From Candidatus Sericytochromatia bacterium (GTDB lineage Bacteria; Cyanobacteriota; Sericytochromatia; S15B-MN24; JAQBPE01): DNA of 64,000 bases. The position numbers and the translations under genes were made by a program. Below the pieces are notes generated by a model that did no database searches, was not told the origin of the DNA, and saw only the letters and a program-made list of their open reading frames with translations. Where the stretch lies: the NCBI GenBank assembly GCA_040400605.1, contig JBBAPZ010000004.1, positions 1-64,000 of the forward strand, given 5' to 3'. Positions 9,769-19,654 of this stretch are shown piece after piece; position 1 is the first letter of the stretch, and each line of letters opens with the position of its first letter.

Positions 9769-10713
9769 TTACTGAAGAAGGGCCGCACCGTCCGTTGGTT
9801 GGCTGGCTTGGTTTACTGCGCTCAGACCTTCTTCGAAGCGCTCCTTGACCAGGAACAGGTAGTCATCCGAGGGGATTTGGGCCAGTTCAAGCAGGTTGTG
9901 CTGGCTGGATAATCCCCGCGCGATGACAAACGCGATATAACGACCAGCTCCGGGGGGAAATTCGGATTGGCTGCTGGGTGGGAAAAAGCGGGCAATTTCC
10001 GAGGGGTTTTTGTTATGCATCGCGGCCATCATGGCCTGTAAGAGTCGTGGCTTTTGTTGGTTGAGTTGCGCAAGCGTCCGGGTGTCGCACCCGAGGTAGA
10101 TGTGATCCGGTTGTCCGGGGACGCCCAAGGCGGCTGTTGCGAGTTTAAGTCCTTCGAGTTGCACCCGGCGTGCGAGGCTTTCGTCTCGGATACTTTGGTT
10201 GGCAGCGCGATCGATCGCCACGTGAAACAACACATCCGAGAACCGCAAACGCGTGCTGATGGGGTTGTACGGCAAAAATCCCCGTGCATTGAGCGCTACG
10301 TGCAAACGATCGTCGTCCATGCGGGTCACCCAGGGGCGGTCGTCAAAGGTCCACCACATTGACACATCCATGCCATCAAACCGATTCGACCAGCCCTCCA
10401 GATTATCCACAACCGCCGCAAAGTCGCCACGCCACGAACGTGACAAGGTGGCCAGTGGCTCGATAGGCAATGGGTGGCGAATGGCTTGTGCAATCAAGGC
10501 CTGCTTGCTTTCCGGGGTGCGATCCGCATAAAACAGGGCATCAAGATCCCGACTGTGCGCCGCCTCATAAGCCAACCAGGCAGGCGTTCCCCCGGGTTGC
10601 ACCATGCTCAGGAAGTCAGGCAAATGATTGCGCAACTCCGCCTTCGCAGGCACGCAAAGCCCAGTGCCGATGGTCACCAGACCCGCCATACTACACAATG
10701 CCCAATGCTTCAT
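9769..10713 (-). CDS. exported hypothetical protein, possibly a degenerate zincin-like (DUF2268/DUF5700-like) fold
   Basis: Start at 10713 has ATGA overlap and AAGGAG RBS; signal peptide; DVLFH...EGL...GRYIA spacing. Confidence 0.6.
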   Translation of the reverse strand: MKHWALCSMAGLVTIGTGLCVPAKAELRNHLPDFLSMVQPGGTPAWLAYEAAHSRDLDALFYADRTPESKQALIAQAIRHPLPIEPLATLSRSWRGDFAAVVDNLEGWSNRFDGMDVSMWWTFDDRPWVTRMDDDRLHVALNARGFLPYNPISTRLRFSDVLFHVAIDRAANQSIRDESLARRVQLEGLKLATAALGVPGQPDHIYLGCDTRTLAQLNQQKPRLLQAMMAAMHNKNPSEIARFFPPSSQSEFPPGAGRYIAFVIARGLSSQHNLLELAQIPSDDYLFLVKERFEEGLSAVNQASQPTDGAALLQ

Positions 10714-11291
10714 GATGGATACCGACGCTCCTTTTGCAAGTCCCATTCGTCCATCGGCAGATCGCGCACCCCAGGTACCGTCTGTCTCTGCGCAGCAGGA
10801 CGTGACCGCTCCTGTAAAAACCAGTGATATCCCAAGGTACACCCGATGCCCTGTCCAATGCCCAACACTGCGGCCCGAGACACCACACCCACGGCACCGG
10901 TATCCGGTGGCAACAAACGACTGGCAAGAAACCCCGAGCCAAGCCCCACCATGCCACCAATCCACGTCGCCAGGATCGCATCCATACCCGGCTTGGCCTC
11001 ATGACGCGTCACCAGTGTCGACGGCGGGCCAATCATCAACCCGACCAGCATGGTGTTGCGCGCCAGGTTTACACCTTCACCCTCGCCCAAAACCACCCCG
11101 ACACCGCCTATCGCGGTCGCGAACGCAAAACTGGTCAACCCAGCGATCGCGAGGTCTCCCCAGCGATCGCCCGGCGATTCAACAGCCTCAGGCGTCGGCG
11201 TCAAAACCAACGGCACCGAGGCCTGTGCCGGCACCGCCAAACTGGCCAACATCACCTGCATCACAACGGCTGTGCGTATCAAGCGTCCCAT
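10710..11291 (-). CDS. hypothetical membrane protein with signal peptide
   Basis: Signal peptide ending AQA; several Gly-rich TM helices; translationally coupled to the downstream gene. Confidence 0.7.
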   Translation of the reverse strand: MGRLIRTAVVMQVMLASLAVPAQASVPLVLTPTPEAVESPGDRWGDLAIAGLTSFAFATAIGGVGVVLGEGEGVNLARNTMLVGLMIGPPSTLVTRHEAKPGMDAILATWIGGMVGLGSGFLASRLLPPDTGAVGVVSRAAVLGIGQGIGCTLGYHWFLQERSRPAAQRQTVPGVRDLPMDEWDLQKERRYPS

Positions 11292-11429
11292 ACCGCCCTT
11301 ATACCCGTAATTCGCATCCATTTCAGCCGGACCGGCAATCGTTTTGCTCAGGCAACCATACCGCGTGACGGTGAAGCACCCTCAGTCAAGCGGTGGATGG
11401 AAGCGTGCCAAACGTTTGGGGATCGCTGG

Positions 11430-11702
11430 GGATACTGAAAGGAGTCGATCCGTGATCAAAGTTTGACTGTTGTTGAATAACACCACGTGAGGCCCTGGTT
11501 TGGATTCATCAATTTCACCGATCAGGCGCCAACCATTTCAGAACAAGCCGAACAGGCAGGCGAACCGATTTCGGGTGTTACAGGCGGCTTGGTCGCATAA
11601 AACATTTAACGACCAATCAGTCAGTGTGATGGATAGGCCTGATTTTTTGAGTCTGCCACACAGGTTTTGAACAGAACCCGATGCATCTCTATATAAGCAA
11701 CG
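11430..11702 (+). repeat. dispersed intergenic repeat family, copy 4 (left half 11430-11500, right half 11631-11702)
   Basis: GTGATCAAAGTTTGACTGTTGTTGAATAACACCACGTGAG and CAGGTTTTGAACAGAACCCGATGC match copies 2 and 5. Confidence 0.8.
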
Positions 11703-11802
11703 TTTAAGATTTGGTTAGTCTAACGCTAAATCAAGCAATTCTGTGTGTCTGGGGCGCGATAATGCCGGTGAGGGGCGGCTTGGCTGGCTTGAGGAGCGGG
11801 CG

Positions 11803-12501
11803 ATGATGAGCGTTGGGCGATTGGGTTGTTTACTGGTGATGGTGCTGGCTGGTTGTGGTCAAGTGGCAACGGGTTCTGTGCGTGCGGCGTCGCAAGGGGC
11901 GGAGCGGGTGTCAGCGATGTCCGCCGGTGCGGTGGGTGTTGATGAGCGTCTCGTGGATGGTGGGGTGGATGAGCCGGAGCCCGAGGTGGATGCGTGGTTA
12001 TACGGTCGACCGCCGCAGGGTGATCTCAGCAATTTTGGCCAAATGGAGGCGACGTTGTTTCGTGGTGCGCGGCCAACGGAGGCTGGTTTGCGTCAGTTGA
12101 AGGAGCGGGGCGTGCAAACGATTGTCAACATCGAAAACGCCAAGGCGCCGGTTGAGAAGGAGCGCGCGTGGGCGGAGGCGAATGGGGTCCGTTTTGTGTC
12201 GTTTCCGATGAATCCCGTGATGCCGCCGCGGGTGGAGACGGTGCGCAAGATTTTGACGGTGATGTCGGATCCGGCGCTGCGGCCTTTGTATGTTCACTGC
12301 AAGTATGGCCGTGATCGCACGGGTTTGGTGGCGTATAGTTATCGGATCAGCCACGATGGCTGGACACCCGCGCAGGCGGAAGAAGAATTGAACCGTTACG
12401 GTTTTCGGAAGTATTTGCTGGGCCTGAAGGGGTTTATGATCTGGTATGGCCGACATGGTGCGAAAAATTTGGCTGCGCCAGCTTTAGCCGCCACACCGTG
12501 A
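11803..12501 (+). CDS. protein-tyrosine/dual-specificity phosphatase family lipoprotein
   Basis: CX5R loop HCKYGRDRTG; LFRGARP; lipobox VLAGC; GAGGAG RBS. Confidence 0.9.
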   Translation: MMSVGRLGCLLVMVLAGCGQVATGSVRAASQGAERVSAMSAGAVGVDERLVDGGVDEPEPEVDAWLYGRPPQGDLSNFGQMEATLFRGARPTEAGLRQLKERGVQTIVNIENAKAPVEKERAWAEANGVRFVSFPMNPVMPPRVETVRKILTVMSDPALRPLYVHCKYGRDRTGLVAYSYRISHDGWTPAQAEEELNRYGFRKYLLGLKGFMIWYGRHGAKNLAAPALAATP

Positions 12502-12657
12502 CAGGGCGATCGTTTCATTTATTAATAGTCTGTGAAATCTTTTTAAAACCAGGCAACAGCATGCCGCTTTCGCCCGATGTGTCTGATAAGGATTCCGTTG
12601 GGTATATGGCTGACGGGTTCTTCCTAGGGACGAGGGTTGCCTGAAAGGGGTTTCTTG

Positions 12658-13680
12658 ATGAGTGAAATCAAGCGCACGCCACCACCACCACCACCCAAAC
12701 CCAAGCCGAAGGCTGGCCCAAAACCGGTCACCAAGGCGGCGCCAAAGCCCACGCCTGCTCCTGCCAAAGCGCCAGCGGCACGCTCCAAGGCCCCGACGGC
12801 GGCTGGTGGGGGTCCCGAGGGCAAAAAGAATGACCCCAACGCGACGGTCGAGATCAGCGCACCGACCAGGCAAATCGTGACAACCGCGTTGAGTAAATCC
12901 GAAGCGGGCCAGCGTGCCAATCGCGCGCTCAACTTGCATGACACAGGCAAGCATGTGGGCAACATGATCGATGCTGCGGCTGCCATTGCCGGCGGGGACT
13001 TGGCGGGCGGCGGCATTCAAATGGCGCAGGCGACGGAGGGCTTGGGCTACAACGTGAATGCGGCGGCGGGTCTGACGAAGGATCTGGCAGGCAATGGCAA
13101 GGTGGTGCAAGGTGCGCAGGCTGTGCAGGGAGTTTTGTCCGCGCCGCTTGGTGGGCTGTCGACCCTCACTGGGGCTGTCTCGGTGGCATCGAACTCGGTG
13201 CGTGTCGTGGATGGTGCCAAGGATCTGATGGCAGGTCGCACCACGGAGGGCGCACTGGATGTCGCAGGTGGGGCGGCGGGCGCCTTGCAGGGCGTTGGTG
13301 CCGTTGGCGATGGCGTCAGCACGCTGGCGAGAGCGGCTAACGTTGCCGGGTCATCTAAAGTGGTTGCTCTGGCCAATCAGGCGTCCGGTGTGTTAGGCAT
13401 GGCGGGTAAACTCGGGCCAGGGCTTGGGGTGGTGGCGGGTACGGTGCAAGCGGGAGTCGCACTCACCAAGACACCGCCTGATTATCAAAAGGCGGCGACT
13501 GGCGCGGTATCAACGGCTGGTGCGGCGTTGATGTTCGTTCCGGGTGCTCAGCCGGTCGCTTTGGCGATGATTGCGGGCGCGGCCGTTGTGGATAACTGGG
13601 GTGCCATCAGTTCGTTTGGGCAAAAAGCGATGGATACGGTAGGGGGGGCGGCACAAACGGTGGCTGCCAATCTTGCCTAG
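12658..13680 (+). CDS. hypothetical Pro/Lys-rich N-terminal, Gly/Ala-rich helical protein
   Basis: PPPPPPKPKPK N-terminus; Gly-zipper-like hydrophobic C-terminal half; AAGGGG RBS. Confidence 0.75.
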   Translation: MSEIKRTPPPPPPKPKPKAGPKPVTKAAPKPTPAPAKAPAARSKAPTAAGGGPEGKKNDPNATVEISAPTRQIVTTALSKSEAGQRANRALNLHDTGKHVGNMIDAAAAIAGGDLAGGGIQMAQATEGLGYNVNAAAGLTKDLAGNGKVVQGAQAVQGVLSAPLGGLSTLTGAVSVASNSVRVVDGAKDLMAGRTTEGALDVAGGAAGALQGVGAVGDGVSTLARAANVAGSSKVVALANQASGVLGMAGKLGPGLGVVAGTVQAGVALTKTPPDYQKAATGAVSTAGAALMFVPGAQPVALAMIAGAAVVDNWGAISSFGQKAMDTVGGAAQTVAANLA

Positions 13681-13988
13681 CGGTCAGCCGGAATGAACTG
13701 GGACGTGCTGGCGTCCTCAGCCCACGCACGGGGATTGGGCATGCTTTGAGGTGTTTGACCAAGGAGTGGCTGTGTACCGAGGCTTCAAGGCTTGCGGAGT
13801 GCCTGGCGGTGACGTGAACGATGCCTTGTTCGGTACGGTTCGTTTGTGGTGTATGAGGGCGCTTTGCTGATTTCGTCGCGCCCCGCATCCGTCTGGAGCC
13901 AGTGGCGTGTCTTAATGCGTCGCTCAAAGACGGGCCGCGAAGTGCTTGTGCCCGGTGTTTGATTGAGCGTGAGAGTTGGGGGATAAAG

Positions 13989-14291
13989 ATGACAGATGCC
14001 ATGATTGATCGCGAACTGCTTTTGACATTCTTCGAGGACCAGGGGACGCCTGAGACGCGCCAGTTGGTGGAACGGGCGTTGGTGGAAGGTGGTATGGCTG
14101 AACAGACCCATTTTGCGCAGACAGACATGCCGCGGGTGCTGAATATGGTGGTTGAACTTTCCAGGCGGGATATGCTGGCGCGTGCGGCGATGAGCCCCGA
14201 TTCTCGGGACGATCATGCGTTTGCCATCCTGGATATGGTTCAGCGCCACGCATTGCCTTTGCTCAAGACTGAATTGAGTGAGAACGTGTAG
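13989..14291 (+). CDS. small hypothetical protein
   Basis: 100-aa helical acidic ORF with GGGG RBS-like motif; stop overlaps the convergent GNAT gene. Confidence 0.6.
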   Translation: MTDAMIDRELLLTFFEDQGTPETRQLVERALVEGGMAEQTHFAQTDMPRVLNMVVELSRRDMLARAAMSPDSRDDHAFAILDMVQRHALPLLKTELSENV

Positions 14292-15285
14292 CAACCAGGC
14301 TGCGTATTGCTAAATTCTGTGCGACGCGGGCGCTCCAAGCGAGTGCCCGGCTTTGCCAGTTTTGGGTGGTAAGGACTTGAAAAGGCCGTGCCTCCGTACC
14401 GTATGCGGCTTTATAGCGGCGGACGCCTTCGAGCTCGCCGCTGGAGAGAAAGTCCAGATGGGTGACCTGATTGCTGCGGGCCCAGTCGAGGACGGCTTGA
14501 GTGAGACGGGCGCCCGGGTAGAGGTGGTGGTGGTCTTGGTGGGTGGCGAGGTGTAGTTGGGTTGCGATTGCATCTTTAACGGCGATCAGCTGAAAACCTG
14601 CGAGCGTTGACTCGTGGTGGACCATAAAGAGGGTCAAGGCACCGCCGGCCAAATCCAGCAGATTTTCAAAGTAGGTCTGATCGCGCACCCAACGTTTAAA
14701 ATGCCACTGGGCGCTGTGTGCTTGGTAAAGCGGTAAAAACTGCGCGACGGTGTTGGGGGAGGGTGACTCCACCACGGTGAGGCTGAGAGGCCCTGTACCT
14801 GAGCGTCGGACTTGTCGTGCGCGTTCAGGTGCCATCTGCTTAAGTTGTGCTTCGGGCGTGCAAATACGAACCACTTGTGTCTGGTCGTGATGTTGTTGTA
14901 TCGCCGGGTTGTCACCCTTGGCATCGAGTGGTTCGCCTTCGAAGGGGTTGGACACGAAGCGTACATTGGTGCAGGTTTTGATGAGATGCGCCAATACGTA
15001 CGCTTGTTCGTCGGGAGCAAGGGTTTTTTCTGCGAGAACGCCGCCATAACCGGAGGCAACGCCAACATGCCATTCGTGGCTCAGTCCCCGAAATCGGCGT
15101 TTTAGCGCGGCTGGTACGAGCACCTGTTGTCCAGAGACGGTGAGCGAAAAGATGTGGATTAAGTCGTTTGTGAGCCGTTGTTGCGACAGATACCAGGCAG
15201 GCGAGTGAAAAAAAGTCGCGTAGGGGCAGGCGTGGTAGGCGGTGAGCCAGCGCATGAGGTGGTCACGATCCAAAGTAGTGTTCAT
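14263..15285 (-). CDS. GNAT family N-acetyltransferase (FemAB/CelD-BcsL-like)
   Basis: ATFFHSPAW N-terminus; YGG; LDFLSSG...GVRRYKAAYG C-terminus. Confidence 0.85.
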   Translation of the reverse strand: MNTTLDRDHLMRWLTAYHACPYATFFHSPAWYLSQQRLTNDLIHIFSLTVSGQQVLVPAALKRRFRGLSHEWHVGVASGYGGVLAEKTLAPDEQAYVLAHLIKTCTNVRFVSNPFEGEPLDAKGDNPAIQQHHDQTQVVRICTPEAQLKQMAPERARQVRRSGTGPLSLTVVESPSPNTVAQFLPLYQAHSAQWHFKRWVRDQTYFENLLDLAGGALTLFMVHHESTLAGFQLIAVKDAIATQLHLATHQDHHHLYPGARLTQAVLDWARSNQVTHLDFLSSGELEGVRRYKAAYGTEARPFQVLTTQNWQSRALAWSARVAQNLAIRSLVATRSHSIQS

Positions 15286-15369
15286 GTTTTGCACCTTTCG
15301 CTTAAGGGTGAGATGAAGTGCCGAATTTGGCATCTATTTCATCCAATTGGCCTGAATCAGGTAATGAGC

Positions 15370-15480
15370 CGTTACATGGGGGCGCGTTGTGTGGTGATCA
15401 AATTTTGAATGTTATTCAATCGATAGCGCCTGATGGTTTTGAGTCGGCTACACGCGTTTTGAACAGAAAACGATGGGTCA
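15370..15480 (+). repeat. dispersed intergenic repeat family, copy 5
   Basis: GCGCGTTGTGTGGTGATCAAATTTTGAATGTTATTCAAT...GCGTTTTGAACAGAAAACGATG. Confidence 0.8.
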
Positions 15481-15798
15481 AGGGATATTCGGTGTGATTG
15501 GGGATGATGCACGGGATAGGTTACCGGTTCAGTTAGTGATTCTGCCTTGTTATAAAAGCTTGTTATAAAAGCGGCGTCATCGCCGCATTGTTCAAAAGAA
15601 TTCAACGCGACAGTTGTGGGTGCAGCCATTTGGCGGGGAACGAAGCGAACCAAGCGTGACGGACCATATCCCGAGGTGAAGTTTTTCGTTGTGTGTGGGT
15701 TGAGAGTGAGGCGAAACGGGGAACAATGGCTATGGATCTTTTTGGGGTGTGGCAATCACATCGGGTGATTGGCGCGTTCAAGACAGGCGGGCGACGGC

Positions 15799-17598
15799 GT
15801 GACCCTTTCGACTTATTCGGATGAGCAAGACCTGCAACGTTGGGACTTGAGTTGTCTGTATATGGCACCGGATGATCCGGCGATTGAAACGGATCTTGAA
15901 TTCGCGTGGCGCGAGGCGCGGGGGATGCGAGCAGATTTTGCTGCTGGTCTGCTGAATGCATCCTGTACCGAATGGCGCGTGCTGTTTGACCGGCACGATG
16001 CGTTGCATGGGGTGCTGAACCGGCTTTTTTCGTATGCTTACCTTTTGTTTTCCGCGGACACCCAAAGCGACGCGAGTAAAAATTTGTATGCGCGTTTGCA
16101 AGGCGAAATTCCGGCCATTCAAAACGAAGTGGGCTTTATTGAACGGGCGGTGCAGGATTTGGATGCGTCGGCCTATGAGGTCTTGGCGACGGCTGAGGAA
16201 CTGGTTCCTTATCGTGATCACTTGTCGCGCATTCGCAGCGCGACGGGCCATTCACTCGGTGAACTGGCAGAACGAATCATCACACTGAAGGATCGCACGG
16301 GTTCACGGGCGTGGATCCAATACTATTTTGAAACCACCGCCGATTTTCGTGTTCGTTTGGGACTGGATGGTTATCCAGAAGAAATGACCTTGTCGGAAGC
16401 GCATCGCCTGCGAGAAAGCAACGAGCGTGCCATTCGTGAAGTGGCGCACCGTGAAACGTTAAAAATCTACGCGCAACACGCACGCGGGTTGACCTTTGTC
16501 TTCAATGCCTTGTTTGACAATTATCGCAGCATGATGGAACTGCGGGGCTATGGTCATCCTTTTGCGCCATTGCTGGCGGAAGAACGCTTGGATGCCAGCG
16601 TCATCGACACCTTGCTTGAAACCGTCGAAGCGCATTACCCGATGGTGCAGCGTTACTTTACCGCAAAAGCCGCGGTCATGGGCATCACGGCGTTCGCCAG
16701 CCACGATTTGCGTGCCGCGTATCAGGGCAATGCCTCTTATATCTCTTACGCTGAGGGACGCGATATCGTGATTGATTCGTTGAAGGCTTTTTCTCCGCGA
16801 CTCGGTGAGGAAGCCCAGCGTTTTTTTGACGAACACTACATCGATGCGTTCTCGCAACCGGGCAAACGGGCGGGTGCCTACTGTCTGAGTTCGGGCCCCG
16901 TTTTTCATCCTTATATTTTTTTAAACTACAACCATACACTTAAAGACGTGATCACCATGGCGCACGAACTGGGACACGGCACGCATAATGTGCTGGTGGG
17001 AGAGGCGCAGAACGTGACGAATGCCGATCGCGTCACGATGTTTATGGAAACGCCGTCGACTTTTAGTGAAACCCTGACCTTTAAACGCCTGTTAACGCGG
17101 GAAGTGGATCCGGTGATCCGGCAACAGTTGCTTGGTTCGCAAATTGAGGCCGCGATGTTAAAGGTATTCAAGTCCGTGGCATTGACACGTTTTCAGCTGA
17201 ATGTGTACCAACGTCGCGCAAGCAGCGTTTTACCTGCCCAATTGCTTTGTCAGATGTGGCAGGAACAGATGGATGCGATGTATGGGGACGTGGTGCAGAT
17301 GAATGAGTGGGACCGCTGGGAGTGGCTCACCTTCCATCACACCTTGGACAAACCCTTTTACGATTACGCCTATTCGTTTGGCCAGTTGCTCGTTTATGCG
17401 TTGATGCGGCGTTACCAGGAAGAGGGCAAGGCGTTTGAGCCGCGTTATTTGGAATTGTTGCGGGCCGGGACCTCAATCACGATTGGGCCGTTGCTGGAAA
17501 AAGTGGGCGTTGATCTCCGCGATCCGGAATTTTGGCAAAAAGGCCTGGCCTATCTGGATGATATGGTCAGTGAATTCGAAAGCCTCGCACAAATGTAA
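15799..17598 (+). CDS. pepF: M3 family oligoendopeptidase F
   Basis: WDLSCLY N-terminus; GKRAGAY; zinc motif HELGH; ETPSTFSE; FYDYAYSFGQL. Confidence 0.92.
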   Translation: MTLSTYSDEQDLQRWDLSCLYMAPDDPAIETDLEFAWREARGMRADFAAGLLNASCTEWRVLFDRHDALHGVLNRLFSYAYLLFSADTQSDASKNLYARLQGEIPAIQNEVGFIERAVQDLDASAYEVLATAEELVPYRDHLSRIRSATGHSLGELAERIITLKDRTGSRAWIQYYFETTADFRVRLGLDGYPEEMTLSEAHRLRESNERAIREVAHRETLKIYAQHARGLTFVFNALFDNYRSMMELRGYGHPFAPLLAEERLDASVIDTLLETVEAHYPMVQRYFTAKAAVMGITAFASHDLRAAYQGNASYISYAEGRDIVIDSLKAFSPRLGEEAQRFFDEHYIDAFSQPGKRAGAYCLSSGPVFHPYIFLNYNHTLKDVITMAHELGHGTHNVLVGEAQNVTNADRVTMFMETPSTFSETLTFKRLLTREVDPVIRQQLLGSQIEAAMLKVFKSVALTRFQLNVYQRRASSVLPAQLLCQMWQEQMDAMYGDVVQMNEWDRWEWLTFHHTLDKPFYDYAYSFGQLLVYALMRRYQEEGKAFEPRYLELLRAGTSITIGPLLEKVGVDLRDPEFWQKGLAYLDDMVSEFESLAQM

Positions 17599-17684
17599 AA
17601 GCATCTTGTCCATTCGGTGCGCGACGCGGCCACGCTTGCCCCGTACAGTCTCTTCTGCAATCACGATTGCGAAGGAGGATGTCC

Positions 17685-19622
17685 GTGCCTGGCTTGACCG
17701 TCCTGTTCGACTCCCGTGCCCGCGCCGATCTCGCGCAGCGTTTCAGTTTATTACAACGCCACGCCTATAAACGGCGGGGTTATCTGATTGATTCCTGGCG
17801 TGACGCCTGTGCTGGTATCGCGTTGGGACGGCTGGATTTGGGTGTCATCAACCGGGCACCCCAACCCCTGACCAGCATTGATGGGCGGTATCTGCTCGTA
17901 GCCCAAGGTGAGATACGGGATTGCGACCGTGTGAGGCAAACCCTGAACGCGCGCGGGGTACCACTGACGGGACGGGATCACGCCGATGTCTTTCTCGCAA
18001 CCTACGTAGCGGATGGCGCAGCGGGTGTCGCAAGCCTCAATGGGTCGTATTTTTTGGCCGTATGGGATCGGCACGAGTCAACCTTGACCCTGGTGAGCGA
18101 TCGCTATGCATCCCGCCCCCATGTGATGGCGCGGTTGGGCGATCGCTTTTACCTGGCCCCCGACATCGCAGCCATTCGCGAAGCCCGTCTGACCCCCGCA
18201 ATGATGGACCTCAACGGCGTGGCTGCCTGCCTGGCTTTTGAGTATCCCCTAGGCGACGATACCAACATCGCAGGCATCCAGGCATTCCCAGCCGCAACCA
18301 TCATGCGCATCCACGCCGATGGAACCGACTCTGTGTGTTACTGGAAGCCGTTCTACACAGGGGGCATCGAATCAAGACCGCGTCCGCGCGCCGCTTGGCT
18401 CGAAGAGGCGACCGAACGTTTCAAACAAGCCATCAGACGCAGCTTGCAAGGCGACGTGGTGGTCACCCTAAGCGGCGGTACGGACACCCGCTTGATGGTC
18501 GCCTTCGCCTCCCGATTCGACTTTCCGGCTTACACCTTCGGTCATCCCCGCAGCGACGACGTACGCCTTGCGAGGCGGGTAGCGGCAGCACGAGGTCTGA
18601 ACCATCACCTGGCAACGTTGCGTTCCGATTACCTGATTACCGAAACTCCCAGAATACTCGAACTCGGCGAAGGGCTGGTGAGCCTGTTTCACGCGCACAA
18701 CAGCGATGGCATCGATGAGGTAGCCGGACTTGCCCCAACCGCTGTTTATGGCGTCACGTCACCGTTCGGGCGCATCGAGGGCGTGGATGGCATCTTGCAG
18801 GAACGCCCCACGTCGCTTGTCCAGCGGCTCGAACTGCTCTTGCGTCATGCATGGCACGGCCGCCCGGTACTGACGAATTTTGAATCCCACGAGGCGTTGA
18901 CGCAACGGGTGTTTGCATCCTTATGGCAAGGTTGCTCTCCGTCGGATCTCGTCACTTGCTTCGATGACGACTTCGCACGCTCTTTGCTGCAGTGTCTTGA
19001 TACCCGTTTTGCGCACGAAGCGGCGCTGATTGAAGCGGATGGCCCCGAAGACTGGCTCACCAGCTTTGGCCTGGTCCATCGTCAGCGCCGCTTCACCCAG
19101 TGGGGCCTCAAAATCGCAGGAACTGCGCACGAGGTGCGCAAGGCCTTTGACGATTATGAATTGACGGATTTTCATCTGCGCCTCCCGGCCGCGACGAGAC
19201 GGAAACTGGTTGCAGAGGTGATCAAACACCAAGCACCCGATCTCGCCCGCATTCCCCGTACGGGCTCCGGCGTCGCGATTAGCGCCAGTTGGCCCACGCG
19301 CGCGGTGGGCTACGGCATCAAGCAGATGAAACGATACCGGCACGCCGGCCGTACCCAGGCGTTTGCGGATCCACAAGCGCTTCTGCGCCACGAAGCCAAG
19401 CAATACTTCGAAGACATTCTGCTCGACACAAGCACCCTCAACAACGGCTTTTTTAACGCCAACGGCCTGCGTGAGCTGTGGCGGCGGCATCAGTCCGGTG
19501 AGCGCCAAGCCGCAAGTGCTCTGTTAGCCCTCGTTACCTTCGAACTGTGGCGCAGACAACTGCGATTGGCGCCACGGCACGCAGTGGATGCCAATTTTCC
19601 GCACCGGGATTCCGGCCTGTGA
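17685..19622 (+). CDS. asparagine synthase (AsnB)-related ATP-dependent amide ligase
   Basis: Ntn-like N-domain (GEI, LNGSY, DRYASRP); PP-loop LSGGTDTR; starts MPGL 6 nt after AAGGAGG. Confidence 0.85.
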   Translation: MPGLTVLFDSRARADLAQRFSLLQRHAYKRRGYLIDSWRDACAGIALGRLDLGVINRAPQPLTSIDGRYLLVAQGEIRDCDRVRQTLNARGVPLTGRDHADVFLATYVADGAAGVASLNGSYFLAVWDRHESTLTLVSDRYASRPHVMARLGDRFYLAPDIAAIREARLTPAMMDLNGVAACLAFEYPLGDDTNIAGIQAFPAATIMRIHADGTDSVCYWKPFYTGGIESRPRPRAAWLEEATERFKQAIRRSLQGDVVVTLSGGTDTRLMVAFASRFDFPAYTFGHPRSDDVRLARRVAAARGLNHHLATLRSDYLITETPRILELGEGLVSLFHAHNSDGIDEVAGLAPTAVYGVTSPFGRIEGVDGILQERPTSLVQRLELLLRHAWHGRPVLTNFESHEALTQRVFASLWQGCSPSDLVTCFDDDFARSLLQCLDTRFAHEAALIEADGPEDWLTSFGLVHRQRRFTQWGLKIAGTAHEVRKAFDDYELTDFHLRLPAATRRKLVAEVIKHQAPDLARIPRTGSGVAISASWPTRAVGYGIKQMKRYRHAGRTQAFADPQALLRHEAKQYFEDILLDTSTLNNGFFNANGLRELWRRHQSGERQAASALLALVTFELWRRQLRLAPRHAVDANFPHRDSGL

Positions 19623-19654
19623 TGCGTTTGCGTAAAACATTGACACACGATGGT

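Noticed and set aside
10714..10965. Upstream 84-aa extension of the 398-aa ORF
   Set aside because: Overlaps the upstream membrane gene; RBS and ATGA coupling support the 10713 start.
17685..19622. Lasso peptide cyclase cluster
   Set aside because: No B2 transglutaminase-like peptidase, RRE/PqqD protein or precursor peptide nearby.
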